Under the pieces are notes generated by a model. It worked only from the letters and a program-made list of their open reading frames with translations. It ran no database searches and was not told the DNA's origin. From NCBI GenBank assembly GCA_963707985.1, contig CAVPRW010000015.1, positions 32,001-96,000 on the forward strand: a stretch of DNA of 64,000 nucleotides, written 5' to 3'. The stretch comes from an uncultured Nitrospinota bacterium. GTDB taxonomy: Bacteria > Tectomicrobia > Entotheonellia > J063 > CAVPRW01. Each line of letters opens with the position of its first letter. Position 1 is the stretch's first letter. The position numbers and the translations under genes were made by a program. Shown one piece after another: positions 1-9,766 of the stretch.

Positions 1-1551
1 GCCGGTCGCCGCTTGAGCAAACTGCTCGTGACCCGGTCTACCCGCCCATGGCCCCAGATGGCCGAAGGCATTGAGCGAGGCGTACACGATATCCGGCTTG
101 CGCCGACGTACTTCCTCATAGCTCAGTCCGAGCTTCTCCAGCTTACCAGCGCGATAGTTCTGGGCGACCACGTCTGCCCCTTCAAGTAACCGCCAGAAGA
201 TGTCACGGCCGATGTCGGATTTGAGGTCCAGGAGAAGACTGCGCTTGCCCCGATTCACATCGTTATGGGAGGATACAAAACCACCCCGCATTGGGTTATC
301 GATCTTGATGACGTCGGCGCCAAATTCTCCCAGTGTCCGCCCCAAGGTGGGTCCCGCCAGGATAATGCACAGATCCAGCACCCGCACGCCCTGAAGAGCC
401 GCCCGTAGAGTGGCTTCGATCGCAGGTGCGGCAGACTCTGGCGCAACGGCTTCGAGCTCGCGGAGGATCTCGGCCCGATGCTGATCGGGCTTCGGCGCCG
501 GGCTCCGAACGGTGCCTGGAGTTTTCGACAAGCGGACGTTGATCCCCGGCTGCAGCATCTTGCCATACTGTGGATCATCAAGCTCCAGTACCATCTGCGA
601 ACCGCGAGCATGGGGATGCTCGAACCACTCTGCACTGGTACGGCACACGGCGCCCTCGCTGCCAGCCCTGGCCACCAGGTCTTCCCATTCTTGGGCTGTT
701 CGCGTCTTAAAGAGCTCGCGTGCCCGTTGCAGATGTTTGGCGAACAAATCCGGATCACGCATGATGCGCTCGATGTCGGTGAGCCCTTCCTGATCCCAGT
801 CGGTGATGCCGGCAGCCGCGACGAATTCCCGGAAGTTCTGATTCCCGGAGCCCCCGAATTGCACCCATTGACCGTCCGCACATTCGAAGCCGCCACTCCA
901 GATACCGCGCGGTGTAGGGACGACATGGGCCGCATCGTGGACCTGCATGGCGCGGGCGCCGATGGATGGAAACGTCGCATCGAACAGGGGCACCTCAATG
1001 TGCTGCCCCACACCGTCGCGGCGTCGTGCAATGAGGGCCATGACGATGCTCACGACACCCTGGAAGGCAGCATAGTTGGAAGAGATGGGGATGGCGGTAT
1101 AGATGGGCTGGTCGGCAGCAGGATCGTGTGGTCGATAGGTGGCCGTCGCGGCCCCGACTACCCCTTCGAAGGCGCGTACCTGCGCGCGCGGATCGTCTGA
1201 GGCAAACCCCGGCATGGAGCAGTAGATCACGCGTGGGTTCAGGCGCTGGGCCGCCTGCGGTCCAATTCCCAGGCGATCCATGACCCCTGGGCGAAAATTT
1301 TCGATCACCACGTCAGCCGACCCCACGAGTCGCGTCGCAATCGCCAGGTCGTCCGGTTGCTTGAGATTCAGGATAATGTTGCGTTTGCCACGGTTCCAGG
1401 TCGCATTGGCCGGTGTGTCCCACATCGGTCCGCCAGGCGGATCGACACGGATGACATCAGCCCCTTGATCGGCCAGGAGCATGCCGGCAAGCGGCCCGGC
1501 GATGTACTGGCCAAAATCGATCACCCGGACTCCATCGAGTACACTGGCCAT
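1..1551 (-). CDS. CoA-transferase family III (CaiB/BaiF), two tandem domains; 3' end runs off the window
   Basis: Manual translation from ATG 1551: MASVLDGVRVIDFGQYIAGPLAGMLLADQGADVIRVD...NRGKR. A second copy of the motif lies near 400-240 (ALQGVRVLDLCIILAGPTLGRTLGEFGADVIKID...NRGKRSLLLDLK). Missing from the ORF track because there is no stop in the window. Confidence 0.92.
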   Translation of the reverse strand, partial: MASVLDGVRVIDFGQYIAGPLAGMLLADQGADVIRVDPPGGPMWDTPANATWNRGKRNIILNLKQPDDLAIATRLVGSADVVIENFRPGVMDRLGIGPQAAQRLNPRVIYCSMPGFASDDPRAQVRAFEGVVGAATATYRPHDPAADQPIYTAIPISSNYAAFQGVVSIVMALIARRRDGVGQHIEVPLFDATFPSIGARAMQVHDAAHVVPTPRGIWSGGFECADGQWVQFGGSGNQNFREFVAAAGITDWDQEGLTDIERIMRDPDLFAKHLQRARELFKTRTAQEWEDLVARAGSEGAVCRTSAEWFEHPHARGSQMVLELDDPQYGKMLQPGINVRLSKTPGTVRSPAPKPDQHRAEILRELEAVAPESAAPAIEATLRAALQGVRVLDLCIILAGPTLGRTLGEFGADVIKIDNPMRGGFVSSHNDVNRGKRSLLLDLKSDIGRDIFWRLLEGADVVAQNYRAGKLEKLGLSYEEVRRRKPDIVYASLNAFGHLGPWAGRPGHEQFAQAATG

Positions 1552-1795
1552 ACCTTCCCTCCGCCTCGGGCCGAGCGGCGCTCTCGGTGCCCGGATAGAA
1601 ACCTGATCAGCGCGCTCCACACGCATGCGCGTGTGGATTTGCACGGAACCATTGGTCTAGATCTTCTGCACGATGGACCTTCCAACATTACCTTGCCAAC
1701 GGCTGGATCGGTAACAGCCACGCCAAGCGTCCGTTTCTAGCATGGGCATCAAGCTGGCGTCAAGTCCCGTGCATTTTCCTCACGTAAGAACTTGA

Positions 1796-1823
1796 TTGAC
1801 ATCATTTCACGACATGCTAAGAT
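1796..1823 (+). promoter_or_regulatory. sigma70-type promoter (TTGACA-N16-TAAGAT), divergent from a TTGACG...TAGAAA promoter facing the CoA-transferase
   Basis: ttgacatcatttcacgacatgctaagat, with an extended -10 TG. Confidence 0.5.
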
Positions 1824-2530
1824 GTGACCCCACTGGACAAAAAGACGGCTTCACTAGCCAGAGGCACCGCCTGGGGGTGGCTAGCAGTTGTGGTGTCTAG
1901 TCCACTCCACGTCAGTGCAACCGTGACAGATGCGGGCGGTGAGCGCAAGGCGTCACTTGGGACCATAGCGCCTAGCAGACCATGCACCCGGCCGTACAGG
2001 CGCCGCCGTCCATTCGATAAGGTGGGAATGTTGCCGCAGCGACGAGGTGCGGCGACAAGGACTGGGCTCTAGGGGGGCAACAATGCCCGCCATCAGCTTT
2101 CCCCTGGCGCAGTCGAAGGCATCGAAAAGGTCAGCGGAACTCTCGATCATTGGCAGAGTTCCCTGGGCACCCTCCTCTTTTCATGATCAAATGCAGATTT
2201 GCCGGCCCTCAGGGGCGAAGATGCAAGGCTGCCCAAATGGGCGCGAGTCTCCCGCGCCCGCCCGTGAGACCGCTCTCCCTGTGCCCCGAATCTCATGCTT
2301 CACCCCACAGCCGAACGTGCAGAACGATACCCCTAATCCCGCTTCGACTTTGGCGTGCATGCCACGGTATTTTCACGGCCTCGGGAAGGAGAGGTGCCTC
2401 TATGGTTGTGACCGCAAGGGAGAGGAGAGAGGAGGCATAGCGCAGCGCCGGACGAGCAAATGTGCTGCCATAGCTATGCTCCTGAACGCGTAGCGCTCAG
2501 ACATCAGAGCGGTCATGGAGGTGTGCAACG

Positions 2531-3454
2531 ATGCCAGAATTAAGCCTGTCCCTACCGAAGTCCAAACCGCTATGGAAATTGTCTGCCGGCATGCAGACGC
2601 TCTCCAAAGGCCTGTGGCGGTTGGTCAGGGAAAAACCACTGGGGGCCTTCGGGGGGATGCTCGTCGTCATACTTATGCTGTGCGCCATCTTTGCGCACTG
2701 GATCGCTCCCTATCCATATGATGAAACCAATGTGCGCCAGCGCTTGAAGCCTCCCGGCGCGCAGTTCTATTTGGGCACCGATAATCTGGGGCGCGATGTC
2801 TTCAGCCGCATCGTGTATGGGGCCCGCATTTCGGTGACGGTGGGCTTCGGGGCGGTGACGTTGAGTCTCCTGTTGGCGACCATCTTAGGCGTCACGAGCG
2901 GGTATTTCGGGGGCAAAGTCGATGTCATCATCCAGCGGGTGGTAGATGCGGCCATGGCGTTTCCTCCATTGGTGCTCTTGCTCAGCATCATGGCGGTGTT
3001 GGGGCCGGGACTGCTGAACATCATCCTGGTACTCGGGATCATCCCATCAGCCAACAGGTCGCGGATCATCCGCAGCGCCACGTTGGCGGCCAAGGAAAAC
3101 CAATACGTGGAGGCGGCGCGGGCAGTGGGGGCGAGCCACTTGCGGATTATTCTGTGCTACATCTTGCCGAACGTCATGGCCCCGATCATCATCGTGGCCA
3201 CCAATGCCTTGGGCGCGGTGATCCTCGTCGAGGCGACGCTGAGCTTTTTGGGATTTGGAGTACCGCCGCCGTATCCCTCCTGGGGCGAGATGCTCAGTGG
3301 TTCGGGACGCTCGTACATGTATAAGGCCCCCTGGATGGCGATCTGGCCGGGTGTGGCGATCAGTATAGCGGTGTTTGGGTTCAATATGCTGGGAGATGCG
3401 CTTCGGGATCTCCTGGACCCGCGGTTGCGTGGTAGCCAGCTCATGCGGCGGTAG
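2531..3454 (+). CDS. peptide/nickel ABC transporter permease (DppC/OppC-like)
   Basis: LGTDNLGRDVFSRIVYGARIS motif, EAA loop (YVEAARAVGAS), C-terminal GDALRDLLDPR. Confidence 0.95.
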   Translation: MPELSLSLPKSKPLWKLSAGMQTLSKGLWRLVREKPLGAFGGMLVVILMLCAIFAHWIAPYPYDETNVRQRLKPPGAQFYLGTDNLGRDVFSRIVYGARISVTVGFGAVTLSLLLATILGVTSGYFGGKVDVIIQRVVDAAMAFPPLVLLLSIMAVLGPGLLNIILVLGIIPSANRSRIIRSATLAAKENQYVEAARAVGASHLRIILCYILPNVMAPIIIVATNALGAVILVEATLSFLGFGVPPPYPSWGEMLSGSGRSYMYKAPWMAIWPGVAISIAVFGFNMLGDALRDLLDPRLRGSQLMRR

Positions 3455-3460
3455 AATGAC

Positions 3461-3574
3461 AACATTAACTCCGTGACGATCACTGGGACCTGGCAGCCGT
3501 ATGTAAAGAACTATTCACCCAACCAGAGCTTCGACTACGGCAATCGCGCCGCCGCGCTGTGGCTGGATCGATAA
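3461..3574 (+). pseudogene. orphan 3' fragment of an ABC substrate-binding protein gene
   Basis: Translates to NINSVTITGTWQPYVKNYSPNQSFDYGNRAAALWLDR*, which aligns with the C-terminus of the SBP at 4743-6413 (FTGSWYPYVKNYGPNTTYDYGGRSAALWLDRA). No start codon. Confidence 0.85.
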
Positions 3575-3641
3575 GTCACCCTCTCCATGCCCTTCCTCTT
3601 TGGGGGGGAGGGATGGGATGGGGGGATGGAGGAAATAGACC

Positions 3642-4586
3642 ATGCAGCAATACGTGATCAAGCGCTTGCTCCTGGTCGTGCCCACGCTCCTGCTGGTGTC
3701 GGTCATCGTGTTCTCCTTGACCCGCCTGATCCCGGGCGACGTAGTAGTGTTGATGTTTGAGGAGAAAGCCTACGCCTCAGATCTGGAGGCGCTGCGGGCC
3801 AAGCTCGGGCTCAACCAGCCGATTTACGTGCAGTATGGGATTTGGCTGAGCCAGGTGGTCCGGGGCAACCTCGGGGAGTCGTTGTGGACGAAGCGGCCGG
3901 TGCTGGAGGAGATCGCCCGCCGGCTGCCCGTGAGCTTGGAGCTGGGGGCCATGGGGATTATCTTCGGGCTCTGCTGGGCGCTGCCCATTGGGGTGCTGGC
4001 GGCGATTCGGCAGGACACGTTGAAGGATTATGTGGCGCGCAGCCTGGCGATCCTTGGGCTATCGATGCCCGGGTTCTGGAAAGCGACCATGATCATCGTG
4101 TTCGCCTCCATCTGGTTTGGCTGGGCGCCGCCGCTGCAGTTCACCCCGTTCACACAAGGTCCCTGGCAGCACATGAGCCAATTCATCCTGCCGGCGATCC
4201 TCCTGGCGTTTGCCGCGTCCGCCGGCGTCATGCGCCTGACGCGGGCGCTGATGCTGGAGGTGCTGCGGCAAGACTATATCCGCACCGCCTGGTCGAAGGG
4301 TATGGGCGAGCGGCGTGTGGTGGTGAAACACGCCCTAAAAAACGCCGTGATTCCGGTCATCACCATCATCGGCATCGAGATTGGCACGGTCGCCGGCGGG
4401 ACGGTGGTCTTTGAGACGATCTTTGGCCTGCCAGGGATGGGACGCTTTATGCTCGATGCGATCAATCAGCGAGACTATCCGGTCGTGCAGGGGGTGAATC
4501 TGCTACTGGCGATGATCATCGTCTTCGTCAATCTGCTAGTGGATATGACCTACGCCTACTTGGATCCGCGAATTCGGTATCAGTAA
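3642..4586 (+). CDS. peptide/nickel ABC transporter permease (DppB/OppB-like)
   Basis: YVIKRLL...LIPGD, GNLGESLW, EVLRQDYIRTAWSKG, RDYPVVQG, YAYLDPRIRY; GGAGG RBS. Confidence 0.95.
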   Translation: MQQYVIKRLLLVVPTLLLVSVIVFSLTRLIPGDVVVLMFEEKAYASDLEALRAKLGLNQPIYVQYGIWLSQVVRGNLGESLWTKRPVLEEIARRLPVSLELGAMGIIFGLCWALPIGVLAAIRQDTLKDYVARSLAILGLSMPGFWKATMIIVFASIWFGWAPPLQFTPFTQGPWQHMSQFILPAILLAFAASAGVMRLTRALMLEVLRQDYIRTAWSKGMGERRVVVKHALKNAVIPVITIIGIEIGTVAGGTVVFETIFGLPGMGRFMLDAINQRDYPVVQGVNLLLAMIIVFVNLLVDMTYAYLDPRIRYQ

Positions 4587-4742
4587 GGCGTGATGTGGAT
4601 TGGGCCTCCAGCTATCGCCAGCACCTAGATGAGGCTCAAAGTGCAAGGGACAAGGTCAGCGTTAGAGGTCTCATGCTGACCCTTGCATGCCTTCAAGACT
4701 CACTGCAAGCAATGAACTCTCACATCTTCAGGAGGAGTCTCC

Positions 4743-6413
4743 ATGGCAACACGGCATACCAATCGAGGCAATACCTTGTCTCTGAACCGACGCGATCTGT
4801 TGAAAGGCGGCATCGCCGCCGGCGTCACGCTGTCCACGTGGACCCTGCACCGTCCCTCTCCACTGTGGGGGGCGGACACCGAACAGCCCAAGCGCGGCGG
4901 TATCCTGCGCGTGTGGGGGTCTGATCCCCCACACTTCGATCCTCATCTGAGTCTCAACGCGAAGACGCATAACGCGCTCAGCTTCGTCCATAGCACGCTG
5001 GTGCGGCACAAAGTCGGCCCGGAGGTGCGCCCGGGTACCTTCATTGTCGAGCCCCATCTGGCCGAACGCTGGGAAGTGCTGGACGACACGACATACGTCT
5101 TCTATCTGCGGCAAGGGGTCAAATGGCACAACCGGCCTCCTGTCAACGGCCGTGAGCTGGTGGCCGAGGACGTGAAGTTCACCTTCGACCGTTTCCTGAC
5201 GGAAACGGGGAATGCCCTCCGCTATCTGCTGGAGTCGGTGGACCGCGTCGAGGTGGTGGACCGTTATACCGTGAAGTTCCTCCTCAAAGAGCCCTACGTC
5301 TGGCTGGTCGACGTATTGGCCAACCCGGTCATGTGGATCATTGCCCCAGAAGTGGTGGAAAAATTCGGCGACCTGAAGAAAGCTGAGAGCGCCATCGGCA
5401 CTGGCCCCTTTACGCTGGAGCGCTATGAGCCGAACGTGAAGACGGTCTTCAAGCGCAACCCCGACTACTTCCGCCAGGGCCAGCCGTATGTTGATGGGGT
5501 GGAATGGTGGGTCGTCGAAGATGCCTCCGCCGCCTTGGCGATGTACCGCAGCGGGCAACTTGACTGTGGCCCGGCGTCCTGGTGGAGCGTGCGCCAGGAG
5601 GACCTGGAGTCGGTGCAGAAGACCCATCCCCAGTTGAACTTTCAGGATTTCCTGTCCACGGTGAGCCATGCCATCTACATGCGGACTGACCAGGCTCCCT
5701 TTAACGATGTGCGGGTTCGACGTGCGATCTCCCACGCCGTTGATCGGCAGGCGATCATCGATTCGGTCTGGATCAAGGGCGAACCGACCCCCGCAGTCTC
5801 TCGCGGCCTGGCCGAGTGGTCGCCGCGTATCGATGAGCTCGGAGCGGGGGCCAAGTATTACCAGTACGATCCCAAGGAGGCCAGGCGTCTGCTGGCGGAG
5901 GCTGGCATGCCCAAAGGCTTCAAAACCCAAATGTGGACCACTGCCGGTACCGGCGCCGGCCGACTGGTCACCGATGCCGCGCAGTTAGCTCAGCGATACC
6001 TCAAAGACGTCGGCATCGAGGTGGAGATCAAGATCCAGGAGTACGGTGCCTATATGGCCACGACCGACAAGGGCAAGTTCGACGGCATGGCCCTCGCCCC
6101 CGTCAGCAATGCCTGGGAGCCGGATTACATACTGTATGGCCTGTTTGCCCCGGATCAGCTGCGCAACAAGGGCCATGTCAACGACCCGAAGATCACGGCC
6201 ATGATCAATGAACAACGGCGCACCAAGGACCGCGAGGCACGCAAGCAGATTATTTTTGACCTGCAGCGGTATATTGCGGAGCAGCAATACTATGTCTTCC
6301 TCTACTGCGCAGGCTTCACCGGCTCCTGGTACCCCTATGTGAAGAACTATGGTCCCAACACCACCTACGATTACGGCGGTCGCTCCGCCGCGTTGTGGCT
6401 GGATCGAGCGTGA
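4743..6413 (+). CDS. ABC transporter substrate-binding protein, family 5, with Tat signal
   Basis: NRRDLLK twin-arginine motif; PHLAERWE, AEDVKFTFDR, IGTGPF, PFNDVRVRRAIS; AGGAGG RBS. Confidence 0.95.
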   Translation: MATRHTNRGNTLSLNRRDLLKGGIAAGVTLSTWTLHRPSPLWGADTEQPKRGGILRVWGSDPPHFDPHLSLNAKTHNALSFVHSTLVRHKVGPEVRPGTFIVEPHLAERWEVLDDTTYVFYLRQGVKWHNRPPVNGRELVAEDVKFTFDRFLTETGNALRYLLESVDRVEVVDRYTVKFLLKEPYVWLVDVLANPVMWIIAPEVVEKFGDLKKAESAIGTGPFTLERYEPNVKTVFKRNPDYFRQGQPYVDGVEWWVVEDASAALAMYRSGQLDCGPASWWSVRQEDLESVQKTHPQLNFQDFLSTVSHAIYMRTDQAPFNDVRVRRAISHAVDRQAIIDSVWIKGEPTPAVSRGLAEWSPRIDELGAGAKYYQYDPKEARRLLAEAGMPKGFKTQMWTTAGTGAGRLVTDAAQLAQRYLKDVGIEVEIKIQEYGAYMATTDKGKFDGMALAPVSNAWEPDYILYGLFAPDQLRNKGHVNDPKITAMINEQRRTKDREARKQIIFDLQRYIAEQQYYVFLYCAGFTGSWYPYVKNYGPNTTYDYGGRSAALWLDRA

Positions 6414-6470
6414 TCGTGCCCCGCGCGCTTGAAAGCCTGCAGCCAGCCGCGCCGCGACGCCCCTGAGATC

Positions 6471-7260
6471 TCAGCGGCCGTGAAACACGGGCTTGCGCTT
6501 CTCACGCCAGGCCCGATGGCCTTCTTCCTTGTCTTCGGTTGCCTCAAGGGCCATGAAGCGATACAGGTCTACCAGCGAGGCGTCCGACAGATTGGGAATG
6601 TCCATACCGCGCTGCAGTGACTCCTTGGCCATCTGCGCGGCCAAGGGCGGTAGGGAGGCGATATACCCGGCTACCTCCATAGTTTTGGCCGGCAACTCTT
6701 CATGCGGGACCAACCACTGGGCAAGGCCGATGCGATAGGCTTCATCGGCTTTCAACGGGAAGCCCATGGCCAATCGCATAGCGTGCCCTTTCCCTACCCA
6801 ACGAGCCAGCCGAACTGCTCCACCGTATGCCGGCAGAATCCCCAGGGCCACCTGGGGCAGCCGCCATTCCGCCCGCTCCGACGCCAGCAGCAGATCGCAG
6901 CAGAAGGTCACGATGCAGCCCACGCCGATCGCATAACCGTTGACGGCACCGATGAGTGGTTTCGGGAAGTTCGACAGCACCTCGAATTGGCGATCTTTGC
7001 GCTTCGGAAGGCTTTTGATAAACTCAGCTGTCGAGGTCAAGCGTATGTGTCTGCGGGTTTTTCAAGTTGGCACCGGCCGAGAAAGCCCCGCCCTTGTCGT
7101 CGCCCGTCAACACCGCGCAGCGAATTTCGTCATCGTCCTCCATCGCCGCCAGGTATTCGGCGATCCCCTCTGTGAAATCCTGGCCCCAGGCGTTCCGAGC
7201 CTCAGGTCGGCTGAGGGTGATGATGCCCACCTGATCGCGCTTTTCGTACAATACTGGCAT
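6471..7260 (-). CDS. enoyl-CoA hydratase/isomerase family protein; one apparent frameshift at ~7040
   Basis: N-terminal part MPVLYEKRDQVGIITLSRPEARNA...FSAGANL and C-terminal part PKPLIGAVNGYAIGVG...KPVFHGR are in different frames. Removing one T from ACGCTTGACC joins them. Confidence 0.85.
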
Positions 7261-7609
7261 GGCCTTTCTCCTGACTGGTGTGTCTCGGGCTACAGGGCCA
7301 TCGCCTGTCCAGACCTGTATCGGCGACGACCGCTGCTGCCACTCTGTATTGAGGCAACCGATTAGAAATGCCTCCGCAGCATAGCCGCTCGAATCTGTCC
7401 TGTCAAACACCGCATACGGCCCCAAGAAATCCCTTATGCCTTACAGGCATGACCTTCGTCCTGTTGCAAGGCCTCCCCCGATCGCCGTTGCTCACGGCAC
7501 CGAAGATTCACCGCATTTGTCGCTCCTGGTCTCACAGAGCTTGGACGTTGCTGTTGGGGGGACGAGGTCACTAGGGGACGTAATGTTTCGAGGCCTTGGG
7601 ATATCCTGT

Positions 7610-8536
7610 CTAGGTGGTTGAGCTATGATCCAAGGGCGGAGCAAACACCTCGAGGGCGCCGGGGTGAAGCGTCACGTCCAGAGGCGACCGCAGGAGGACG
7701 ATTTCGCCATCGATGGCCACCTTCAGAGCTCGCCGACGAGTCTGCACGCGTATGGTGCTTGCGCACAAGGCCTCAGTGGTAGACGCTTCATCCAGCCTCC
7801 CTAGTAGTGCCGCGCAGGCTGCCACCGTGACCTCCCATCGACTGTGAAGCTTCAGCAATAGCACGGCCAGCTTCTGGTGTCGGAGACACTCAGCGGCGGT
7901 GACATTGAAGTCCTCTAGTTGCAAAGCATTACACCCAAAGAATAGCGTAGTGGCCAGATGTCGCGCTGTTTGTCCGTCCGCCACCAACTCAACCGCATAT
8001 TGTGGATGTGAGCTCAGCAAGCATCGCATGCCGGAAAAGAAAGCTACCAGGCGGCGACGGCCAAAGCGGCGCTTATCCTGCTCTCGCCGCTCGAGCATCT
8101 GTGCGTAGAGGCCAATGCCGGCGTTGTTCAGGAAGATCCGGCCGTTAATCTCTCCAATGTCCACCTGGCGAACCCAGCCGTTGGTGATCACCGATACCGC
8201 CTGAGCCACCTCGGTCGGCACCCCTAGATTGCGGGAGACATAATTGAATGTCCCAGCGGGCACGAGGCCGAGTGGTCGCTTGGCCTCTACGCAAGCTGCA
8301 GCAACCGTGTTGACGGTGCCATCACCTCCCGCTACGACAATGGCGCCGGGAGCCTGGGCAACGGTTTGCTGCGTCCGGCTCTGCAAGTCACCCCGTCCGG
8401 CCAAAACGAATTCGACCTGCCAGTCGTGCGTGGCAAATGCAGCCTTGATCTCTGTAGTGAGCGCAGCTTTGTCGGCGGCGCCTGAATCTCGATTCATGAT
8501 GACATGTGCGATCGGTGTCACTATCGGCTTAGTCAT
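7610..8536 (-). CDS. diacylglycerol/lipid kinase family protein (YegS/DAGKc)
   Basis: VVAGGDGTV, PAGTFN, FLNNAGIG, IDGE motifs; GGAGG RBS before ATG 8536. Confidence 0.9.
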   Translation of the reverse strand: MTKPIVTPIAHVIMNRDSGAADKAALTTEIKAAFATHDWQVEFVLAGRGDLQSRTQQTVAQAPGAIVVAGGDGTVNTVAAACVEAKRPLGLVPAGTFNYVSRNLGVPTEVAQAVSVITNGWVRQVDIGEINGRIFLNNAGIGLYAQMLERREQDKRRFGRRRLVAFFSGMRCLLSSHPQYAVELVADGQTARHLATTLFFGCNALQLEDFNVTAAECLRHQKLAVLLLKLHSRWEVTVAACAALLGRLDEASTTEALCASTIRVQTRRRALKVAIDGEIVLLRSPLDVTLHPGALEVFAPPLDHSSTT

Positions 8537-8616
8537 CAACTCCTCCAAATGACGTTTGCCTGTGGGATAGACGCGCACTAGACACGCCCGTGGATACGGC
8601 ATTCGATGGCCGTAGG

Positions 8617-8632
8617 TGCAATCCAGGTGCCG
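8617..8632 (-). promoter_or_regulatory. sigma54 (-24/-12) promoter for the DAGK gene
   Basis: CGGCACCTGGATTGCA = GG-N10-GC, ~80 nt upstream of the ATG. Confidence 0.65.
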
Positions 8633-8722
8633 GTGACTTCCCTCCAGTAGGCGTCAACCGGCGTTTCCCGACCTCTGCCAAGGCAGAAAAACTGTTGCTA
8701 GCGGAAGCGGCGGGCCGGCAAC

Positions 8723-8738
8723 TGGCACATCCTTTGCT
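8723..8738 (+). promoter_or_regulatory. sigma54 (-24/-12) promoter
   Basis: TGGCACATCCTTTGCT matches TGGCAC-N5-TTGCW. Confidence 0.7.
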
Positions 8739-9104
8739 CTACGCTGGGCTAGAAGAGCGCTACAGGTCGTTTAGCATGCCACATGTAAGGGAGGTTCAGC
8801 ACTGCCAATGAGCGCCCAACCAGGCAGGACACATGCTGAAAGACAGATCGGACCGAGTCGACGACGCGCGGGCCAGGGTTTCCGGAGGGTGGACCGAAGC
8901 TCGGTTGCTCGGAAAACAATCTCTCAAATCGATAGCTCTACGCGCGGCTGTCATCTCAATTTGAGAGTTTCCGGCGGTTTGATGCGCTCTCGTGAGAGCT
9001 TCACCACAGTTGAGCATCAGGGATGGCATAGCAAGCCACCACTGAGCAGCTCATGTTGTAGATGACATGTCCACTAATAGAATCATATCACCGGAGGACA
9101 CTTT

Positions 9105-9491
9105 ATGGAAACCATTGAGAGGTCAACGCCACAGGCTTCGAGCACTCCAGAAATGTTCAGTCATGCGGTAACTGCCATCGGGGATACAGTGGCTCGGGCA
9201 GGTGCCTTCCTGCCCGAACTACCAGGTGGGCTAGCAGAGGTCATCCGCCGCCATCCCTTACCTTCGCTGATGGTAGGTCTGGGCCTGGGCTTTCTCCTGG
9301 GGCGCAGCTGTATGTGGACAGCGGCAGAATCTAGAACGGAGGAAAGCCTCGATCAGAGCGAAGCTGGGTATCCGGACGCTCTCATCCAGTGCTTGCGATG
9401 TGGTCAAATGGTGCGCCAGGCTGACATGGTGAGCCATTCTACAACCTGCAGGGGCACGGGAATGCTCAGCCACGGGGGTTCTACATCGTGA
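9105..9491 (+). CDS. hypothetical protein: ElaB/YqjD(DUF883)-like membrane motif plus C-terminal CxxC-x11-H-x3-C putative zinc finger
   Basis: GGAGG RBS; IRRHPLPSLMVGLGLGFLLGR; CLRCGQMVRQADMVSHSTTC. Confidence 0.7.
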   Translation: METIERSTPQASSTPEMFSHAVTAIGDTVARAGAFLPELPGGLAEVIRRHPLPSLMVGLGLGFLLGRSCMWTAAESRTEESLDQSEAGYPDALIQCLRCGQMVRQADMVSHSTTCRGTGMLSHGGSTS

Positions 9492-9592
9492 GCCCGGTCG
9501 TTGCGAAGTGTTCAGGTAACGCCTTGTCACACGTCCGATGAAGCAATAGGAATCTGTGGGCTGGATGGCGATTGACGAGAGGAGGATAGCGT

Positions 9593-9766
9593 ATGTTGTA
9601 TTGGGCGGTGGTCTTTTTCGTCGTTGCACTGGTAGCAGCCTTGTTCGGATTTGGTGGGATCGCTTCGGCAGCGGCTGGTATCGCGAAGCTTCTCTTTTTC
9701 CTCTTCCTGATTGTCTTCGTCGTCATGCTCGTGCTAGGCCTGATGTCACGGGGACGGGCGGTCTGA
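9593..9766 (+). CDS. DUF1328 (UPF0391/YtjA) small membrane protein, 57 aa
   Basis: Not in the ORF track. [66 protein letters not shown]. Confidence 0.95.
   Translation: MLYWAVVFFVVALVAALFGFGGIASAAAGIAKLLFFLFLIVFVVMLVLGLMSRGRAV

Noticed and set aside
200..1740. Tracked ORFs such as 255..1031(-), 478..1200(+) and 1357..1740(+)
   Set aside because: Shadow frames of the CoA-transferase. Other long antisense ORFs (4728..5930, 10595..11500, 26881..27927, 43139..43957) are likewise GC-rich shadows of real genes.
3452..3574. Amber readthrough (Pyl) fusing DppC to the in-frame SBP stub
   Set aside because: DppC ends at its normal C-terminus, being in frame has a 1-in-3 chance, and there are no pyl genes in the window.
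8808..9065. 85-aa ORF downstream of the sigma54 promoter
   Set aside because: RBS spacing is too long, composition is not protein-like, and no family is recognised.
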